A stretch of 64,000 nt of DNA, from positions 1 to 64,000 of the forward strand of contig CAWBHS010000011.1 in the NCBI GenBank assembly GCA_963788655.1, written 5' to 3'. The notes under the pieces were generated by a model that was not told the DNA's origin, ran no database searches, and saw only the letters and a list, made by a program, of their open reading frames with translations. Positions 59,197 to 64,000 of the stretch are shown in pieces (the first letter of the stretch is position 1; each line of letters opens with the position of its first letter). The stretch comes from an uncultured Verrucomicrobiae bacterium. Lineage in GTDB: Bacteria > Verrucomicrobiota > Verrucomicrobiia > Limisphaerales > JAFGQR01. Both the position numbers and the translations under genes were made by a program.

Positions 59197-59308
59197 GACA
59201 GGCGTCTCGCCGGTCTCGGATTTCCGAAAGCCATCCACTTGCAAGCAAAACGTCCTGTAACCAGCGGGCGGCTTTGGTGGTTCGAGACAGCCGGGACGGC
59301 TGTCCTAC
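59193..59308. repeat. 116-bp GTAG REP doublet (REPIN-like)
   Basis: gtaggacaggcgtctcgccggtctcg and cgagacagccgggacggctgtcctac are reverse complements at 22/26 positions. Confidence 0.8.
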
Positions 59309-59340
59309 GCCGGAAGCAGGACGGACGCACCGTCTGACAC

Positions 59341-59655
59341 TCAATAACGGCGGCGGGATTCCCGGCGATAATCCCGGCGGTCACCGGAGGTTCGGGTTTC
59401 ACTTTCGTTACCGGAACGCGCTTTGTTCACCGTCAGCGTGCGCCCGTGCATTTCCCGACCGTTCAACGCGAAGATCGCGTCGTGCGCACTTTCCATGGTG
59501 GCCATGGTCACGAAGGCGTATCCCCGCACTTGACCGCCGGACTGGTCGCGCAGAATCTTGATCTCGGTGACTGCGCCCTGTTGGGTAAACAGCGTTTCCA
59601 ACTCATCGCGGCTAATGCCGCCGGGCAAATTGCCCACATATAATTTCGTATTCAT
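59341..59655 (-). CDS. RRM (RNP-1) RNA-binding protein
   Basis: KLYVGNL (RNP2), RGYAFVTM (RNP1), GRTLTVNKAR and an Arg-rich tail. An alternative ATG lies at 59667. Confidence 0.93.
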   Translation of the reverse strand: MNTKLYVGNLPGGISRDELETLFTQQGAVTEIKILRDQSGGQVRGYAFVTMATMESAHDAIFALNGREMHGRTLTVNKARSGNESETRTSGDRRDYRRESRRRY

Positions 59656-59841
59656 GAAGATTTCCATATCTTAGACACACTGCTCTTTCCGGACCCTTCC
59701 CGACCATCGGGGTTCAAATCATCATGGCCGAAATACAGTCTTCACCTGAGGATTCACTGAGTCTTGAAGCACGACAGGAGGTCTAACAACCGGGATCATC
59801 ATGCCTGACTTCCGCGGTAATGCAAATCAAATTCCCGAAAA

Positions 59842-60498
59842 TCAATTGAGATGCGTTTCCTGCTGCCGGGCCGCGCAATCGGGGCAGAGACTGGGACTGA
59901 CCTGCGCGTCGCTGTAACGCTCGAGGTAAATTTCAATCCGGCTCCAGAAACCCTTCGCGTTGAGCACGCGCTTGCAGGTCACGCAAATCGGTAACAATCC
60001 GTTCAGCCGTTTCACCTCATCCAAAGTCTCCTTTAGTCGCAGGAGCAGCCGTTCCCGCTCTTCGCCGGCCTGCTTGATTTCCGCAAACAAACGGCGCTCG
60101 CGCATGACCCGGCGCACGGCCAACGGCAGCCGGGGCAAGCGATCCTTGTGGACGTAATCATCCGCGCCCCGATCAATGAGTTGTCCCGCGGTTTCCTCGT
60201 CCAGATCACCGGTTACCAGAATGAAGGGCGTCTGCTGTTGCAACGTTCCCAGCAAATCCAACACCTCCAACCCGGTCCATCCGGGCAGATGAAAATCAGA
60301 CAGCACGACATCGTAGGTCTGCCGGCTGAGCTCTTGCGTGAAGGCTTCCGGCGTGGCGACCACATCCAGTCGCACATCGTAGCCATGACTTGCCAGGGCG
60401 TGCCAGCAGAGTTCGGCATCTACCGGCGAATCTTCGACCATCAATACCTTCAGCGGTTGTCCGACAAAAAAAGCAGTCTCAAAACCTTGAGGTTTCAT
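59842..60498 (-). CDS. Response regulator with a C-terminal Cys-motif tail
   Basis: VLMVEDS, DVVLSD, FILVTG, DYVHK, then GLLPICVTCK..W..IE.Y..SLCPDC. Confidence 0.9.
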   Translation of the reverse strand: MKPQGFETAFFVGQPLKVLMVEDSPVDAELCWHALASHGYDVRLDVVATPEAFTQELSRQTYDVVLSDFHLPGWTGLEVLDLLGTLQQQTPFILVTGDLDEETAGQLIDRGADDYVHKDRLPRLPLAVRRVMRERRLFAEIKQAGEERERLLLRLKETLDEVKRLNGLLPICVTCKRVLNAKGFWSRIEIYLERYSDAQVSPSLCPDCAARQQETHLN

Positions 60499-60769
60499 TC
60501 ACGCAATCCAAATTACACGACTGTACCGGGTTTCGGCTGGGTCAATGCGCGTATCGATCACCCGACCGGACGATTTAGTATCAAGCCTGCTATAGTGCAG
60601 GCTGAGTGCCACTTATTGACGGAAAACGATTCAGGTCCGCCCGCCCCTGGGAAACATGAGTCGCAGGAAAGAATAAACGAAGCGGCCCTGTGGTAGTGCC
60701 ATTTCCCAGTAGCCTGAACCTTGCATTAAAATGAGGCACACACTGTCGCAAAGGGCTACGGTTTGGAAA

Positions 60770-60965
60770 TCACAACGTCCATCCCTGCCGGTATTCGCGG
60801 TGGAGGAGTCGATTGGCAGCCTGGGCGTTCGTGAACCGCAGGTCGGCGCCGTCCCACAATAGCTTCTTGTTCGAGCGGACGGCCACATTGCCCAGCAGAC
60901 AGACTTCGGTGAGCAACCCGGAGCGGTCCGGAAAATTGGAGCCAGCCGGCGCCCCGCCGCGGCAG
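60770..60965 (-). pseudogene. C-terminal remnant of a Gfo/Idh/MocA oxidoreductase
   Basis: Frame not in the ORF track: [64 protein letters not shown]. It parallels the ends of 35693-36967 and 38077-39411, and an in-frame stop lies upstream near 61000. Confidence 0.8.
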
Positions 60966-61107
60966 TTGGGATGAAGATCAATCCGTGCAAGTTCGCGTCA
61001 TTGGACAGCAGCCCGCGCGCGATCGCGTCCGCCTCCTTACGTCAGCTACGTGGTGTTCAAGAGCAGTGCGACCCACGCTTTCCGGCCGGCGAGGATCTGG
61101 CATTCCT

Positions 61108-61131
61108 GGACAGACGGGACGGCAGTCCTAC
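61108..61131 (-). repeat. Single GTAG REP copy
   Basis: The reverse complement gtaggactgccgtcccgtctgtcc belongs to the same family as 59193 and 31098. Confidence 0.65.
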
Positions 61132-62537
61132 GGGGATGACGTTCCGCCTTCGGCCATCAACGCTTCCGCCGGATAAGTCCAAATCTCTGCGAGCGTGGGA
61201 TGGTAATGCGGCATGGCGGCCAATTCAGCGACGGTGGTGTGGTGGTGCATGGCGACAACGATTTCATGAATCAATTCCCCGCCCGACGGTCCCACGCACG
61301 CACCGCCAATGATTTCTCCATTGGTCGGGTTAGCCAACAGTTTAACGAAGCCGTCCTTGGCTTCCATAATGAGCGATTTGCCGTGATCATTGAACGGGTA
61401 GCTCGCAGCCCGGTAAGCAGCACCGCCCTTTTGCGCTTCCCTTTCCGTAAGCCCCACCGTGGCCAGTTGCGGGTCGGTGAACGCCACCATGATTAACAGC
61501 CGCGTGTCCAGAGCACGCGGCCGCGCCGGAAACGCAATATTGTGTGCGGCGATCTCTCCCTGTTGCACCGCAATATGAACAATCTCGTGCGGTCCGGTGC
61601 AATCACCCGCCGCATAAATGTGGGGCGCGCTGGTTTGCATCTGATCATTGGTGATGATCCGGCCTTTCTCCGTCTGCACCTGGGCGCGGTGCAAGTCGAG
61701 TTGATCGGTGTTGGGCACCCGCCCCAGCGCATATAGAATTTCCTCCGCCATCCGTTCCACCTGTCGGCCTTGGTGAACAAACGACACCCCCTTCAAGCCG
61801 TTCTTTTGCCAGGCATCTTGAAGCTGTGTGTCCGTTAACACTTCAACCCCGTCACGGCGCAATACGGTTTCCAGGACCGAAGTAGCGTCGGGATCGAAAT
61901 GGCTTAGCACATGGGCACTGCGCTGGAGCAGGGTGATCTTCACGTCGAAGCGTGCCAGGAATTGTGCTAACTCGACGCCGACCGCGCCCCCGCCCAATAC
62001 CAGCATCGACTTGGGCAATCGGGTCATCCGCAGTACATCGTCGCTGGTTAGGTAACCCACGTCGCGCAGTTGTGGCAGGGGCGGGGGGGCAACTCTGGAG
62101 CCGGTAGCAATCACAAAATGCCTGGCGGTCAACTGGTCGCCAGTGCTCAGATTTAGCGTGTGCGCATCGGCAAACTGAGCTTCCGCACGGAGGAAAGAGA
62201 ATTGGCCGTTGGTCAGTTGCCGGGATCGGTCGTCGGCAAATTCCTTGATCAATGCATTCTTGCGCGCCATCACCTGTCCAAAGTCGAAGCCGGCGGGTTG
62301 CGGTTGCAGGCCCCAGACGGTGCTCTGGCGCGTCAAGTTCCGGACTTCCGCCGCGTAGAGCAAGGCTTTGGACGGCATGCAGCCGCGCAGGATGCACAAA
62401 CCGCCCACGTCCTCACCGCCTTCGATCACCGCCACCCGCAAGCCCGCAGCGGCGGCGGTGCGGGCCGCAGCATAACCGGCACTACCGCCCCCGATGATGA
62501 CCACGTCGTACGGCGACGATTGCTCGTTTCTCTTCAT
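61128..62537 (-). CDS. Dihydrolipoyl dehydrogenase-family pyridine nucleotide-disulfide oxidoreductase
   Basis: IIGGGSAG, GGLCILRGCMPSK redox disulfide, VLGGGAVG.E, IYAAGD and HYHPTLAE. Confidence 0.9.
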   Translation of the reverse strand: MKRNEQSSPYDVVIIGGGSAGYAAARTAAAAGLRVAVIEGGEDVGGLCILRGCMPSKALLYAAEVRNLTRQSTVWGLQPQPAGFDFGQVMARKNALIKEFADDRSRQLTNGQFSFLRAEAQFADAHTLNLSTGDQLTARHFVIATGSRVAPPPLPQLRDVGYLTSDDVLRMTRLPKSMLVLGGGAVGVELAQFLARFDVKITLLQRSAHVLSHFDPDATSVLETVLRRDGVEVLTDTQLQDAWQKNGLKGVSFVHQGRQVERMAEEILYALGRVPNTDQLDLHRAQVQTEKGRIITNDQMQTSAPHIYAAGDCTGPHEIVHIAVQQGEIAAHNIAFPARPRALDTRLLIMVAFTDPQLATVGLTEREAQKGGAAYRAASYPFNDHGKSLIMEAKDGFVKLLANPTNGEIIGGACVGPSGGELIHEIVVAMHHHTTVAELAAMPHYHPTLAEIWTYPAEALMAEGGTSSP

Positions 62538-62635
62538 GCCGCGATCATGGCTGGAGATGAATGGGCTTTGAAGCAAAACCATCGACTGGTTTCCTTGGAT
62601 TGAATCCGGCAGGTGTTTGCGTCTATGCTGGAGCA

Positions 62636-63697
62636 ATGTGGAAAAGTTTGAAGCAGCCCTGGTTGGCATTCGGATTCAGCCTCGTCTTTGGACCGGCGAT
62701 CTTCTCCGGTTGTTGTTCTCCGAAGGCCGGCCATTCCGACGAATCGCTGAACCGGTATGAGTTCACCGAACCGCAAATGGGCATGCCGTTCCGGATCGTG
62801 CTCTATGCTCCGGATCAAACCCAGGCCGCGGCGGCGGCTACGGCGGCCTTTCAACGCGTAACCCAACTGAATGCGGTCCTTAGCGATTACGACACCGACA
62901 GTGAATTGAGCCGCCTCTCCCAAACGGCGGGCCAAGGCCAAACCGTGAAATTGAGCCCGGACTTGTGGTTTATCCTTGAACGCGCACAATCGCTGGCCCG
63001 CCGCACCCATGGCGCTTTCGACGCAACCGCCGGCCCGTACATCAGCCTTTGGCGGAAGGCGCGCCGGACCAAGGAATTGCCTTCCGCCAGGTCATTGGCG
63101 CTCGCACGTGAGACGGTGGGGTACGGCAAATTGCGCCTAATTCCGCGCGACCATACCGCGCAACTCATGCTCACTTACATGCGGCTGGACTTGGGCGGCA
63201 TCGCTAAAGGTTATGCGCTTGACGAAGCATTGAAGGTTCTCAAACAGCAAGGGATCACCCGCGCGCTGGTCACGGGCGGCGGCGACATGGCCGTCGGTGA
63301 ACCGCCGCCGGGCAAGCCGGGTTGGCGAATTGAAATCGCGCCGTTGGATGTTACCAACGCGCCGCCCAAACGCTTTGTGTTGCTACGCAACGTCGGCCTC
63401 GCCACCTCCGGCGATCTGTTTCAACATGTCGAAATCAATGGTAAACGTTACTCGCACATTGTTGATCCGCGGACGGGCCTCGGCCTGACAGATCACAGCC
63501 TGGTGACCGTGATTGCTCCTACCGCCATCACCGCTGACAGCCTGGCCACCGCCGTCAGCGTGCTGGGACCAGTGGCCGGGCGAGAACTCATCGAGCAAAC
63601 GCCCGGCGTGGCGGCCTATATGGTCCGTCAACCCGAAGATGAAATTGAGACCTTTGCGTCAAAGCGTCTGCCGAAGTATCTGGAGACGACCGAGTAA
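62636..63697 (+). CDS. apbE: FAD:protein FMN transferase, lipoprotein
   Basis: Lipobox-like IFSGC, QMGMPF, GAFDAT.GP, LDLGGIAKGY, GGDM, ATSGD, RYSHIVDPRTG and ADSLATA. Confidence 0.94.
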   Translation: MWKSLKQPWLAFGFSLVFGPAIFSGCCSPKAGHSDESLNRYEFTEPQMGMPFRIVLYAPDQTQAAAAATAAFQRVTQLNAVLSDYDTDSELSRLSQTAGQGQTVKLSPDLWFILERAQSLARRTHGAFDATAGPYISLWRKARRTKELPSARSLALARETVGYGKLRLIPRDHTAQLMLTYMRLDLGGIAKGYALDEALKVLKQQGITRALVTGGGDMAVGEPPPGKPGWRIEIAPLDVTNAPPKRFVLLRNVGLATSGDLFQHVEINGKRYSHIVDPRTGLGLTDHSLVTVIAPTAITADSLATAVSVLGPVAGRELIEQTPGVAAYMVRQPEDEIETFASKRLPKYLETTE

Positions 63698-63751
63698 TTC
63701 GGCCGTCATTTCCGGGCGGGGTTGCGTGATCAGGGCGAGGTCATTTGCGAG

Positions 63752-64000
63752 TCAGCGCTTTTGGCGCGCGTCCTGAAGGGCGGTGGCCGCATTGATGTCG
63801 TTCCCTTCCAAGTGGACGGTGCCCACTTTTTCTTCCAATACGATGCCAAACTCTTGCTTACGCTCACCGCCGGTGCGCGTGTCGCGAATGGTGTTATCCT
63901 TGAAAACCAGGTCGCGCGTTTCCCCCCGCACGCGGATACCCGCCACGGCGCGCTGGCGGCCATTGTTTTCAATGAGATTGTTTTCGACCCGGTTCCGGTG
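63752..64000 (-). CDS. 3' end of a right-handed parallel beta-helix protein (partial, runs off the window)
   Basis: NRVENNLIENNG..GIRVRGETRDLVFKDNTIRDTR..QEFGI..LEGNDI repeats. Confidence 0.7.
   Translation of the reverse strand, partial: HRNRVENNLIENNGRQRAVAGIRVRGETRDLVFKDNTIRDTRTGGERKQEFGIVLEEKVGTVHLEGNDINAATALQDARQKR

Noticed and set aside
57790..59340. Absence of xseB after xseA, and of bioB/bioD near bioF-bioA, as a sign of broken pathways
   Set aside because: These genes are often unlinked, so their absence from one window says nothing about the genome.
61128..62537. Mercuric reductase MerA
   Set aside because: It lacks the C-terminal Cys-Cys pair and the N-terminal metal-binding domain, ends with HPTLAE, and has no mer genes nearby.
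62636..63697. ApbE as the flavinylation partner of the redox operon
   Set aside because: It is ~7 kb away and separated by housekeeping genes, and I found no D..(S/T)GAT flavinylation motif in the operon's proteins.
1..64000. CRISPR array, tRNA or rRNA genes
   Set aside because: I saw no regularly spaced direct repeats with unique spacers and no recognisable tRNA or rRNA sequence. A covariance-model search was not possible.

Overview
GC-rich bacterial chromosomal window, most likely from a Verrucomicrobiota (Pedosphaerales-like) genome. This is an inference from the RFYRV-type C-terminal domain, the many Tat-exported Gfo/Idh/MocA proteins and the repeat families. Several genes carry single-base indels that look like assembly errors. 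Contents in order: a ~2,450-aa Cys-rich secreted protein split by frameshifts; an FG-GAP/ASPIC-UnbV protein; a mannosylglycerate locus (AsnB-like amidotransferase, mpgS, Na+/solute symporter, mpgP, plus a convergent GH63 hydrolase with an extra Cys-His-Asp domain); rnr; HPF-like and floA genes; bioF-bioA; Tat-exported sugar enzymes; an ABC exporter pair; recF; three Gfo/Idh/MocA oxidoreductases; a GH106-like glycosidase with a URO-D-family gene; a 7-gene redox operon (three Tat-signal proteins, a NapH-like membrane polyferredoxin, a PQQ-type propeller, a NuoE-NuoF/HydC-HydB fusion and a GltD/NfnL-like subunit); ymdB-xseA; an RRM protein; response regulators; a dihydrolipoyl-dehydrogenase-family enzyme; apbE. 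Intergenic DNA holds many REP-like palindromes, a miniature IS200-like relic and several gene remnants. Best candidates for undescribed biology: (1) a synthesis/uptake/recycling pathway for an amidated mannosylglycerate (mannosylglyceramide); (2) an electron-bifurcating-type NAD(P)H module encoded together with membrane and exported Fe-S partners. I saw no rRNA, tRNA or CRISPR array.
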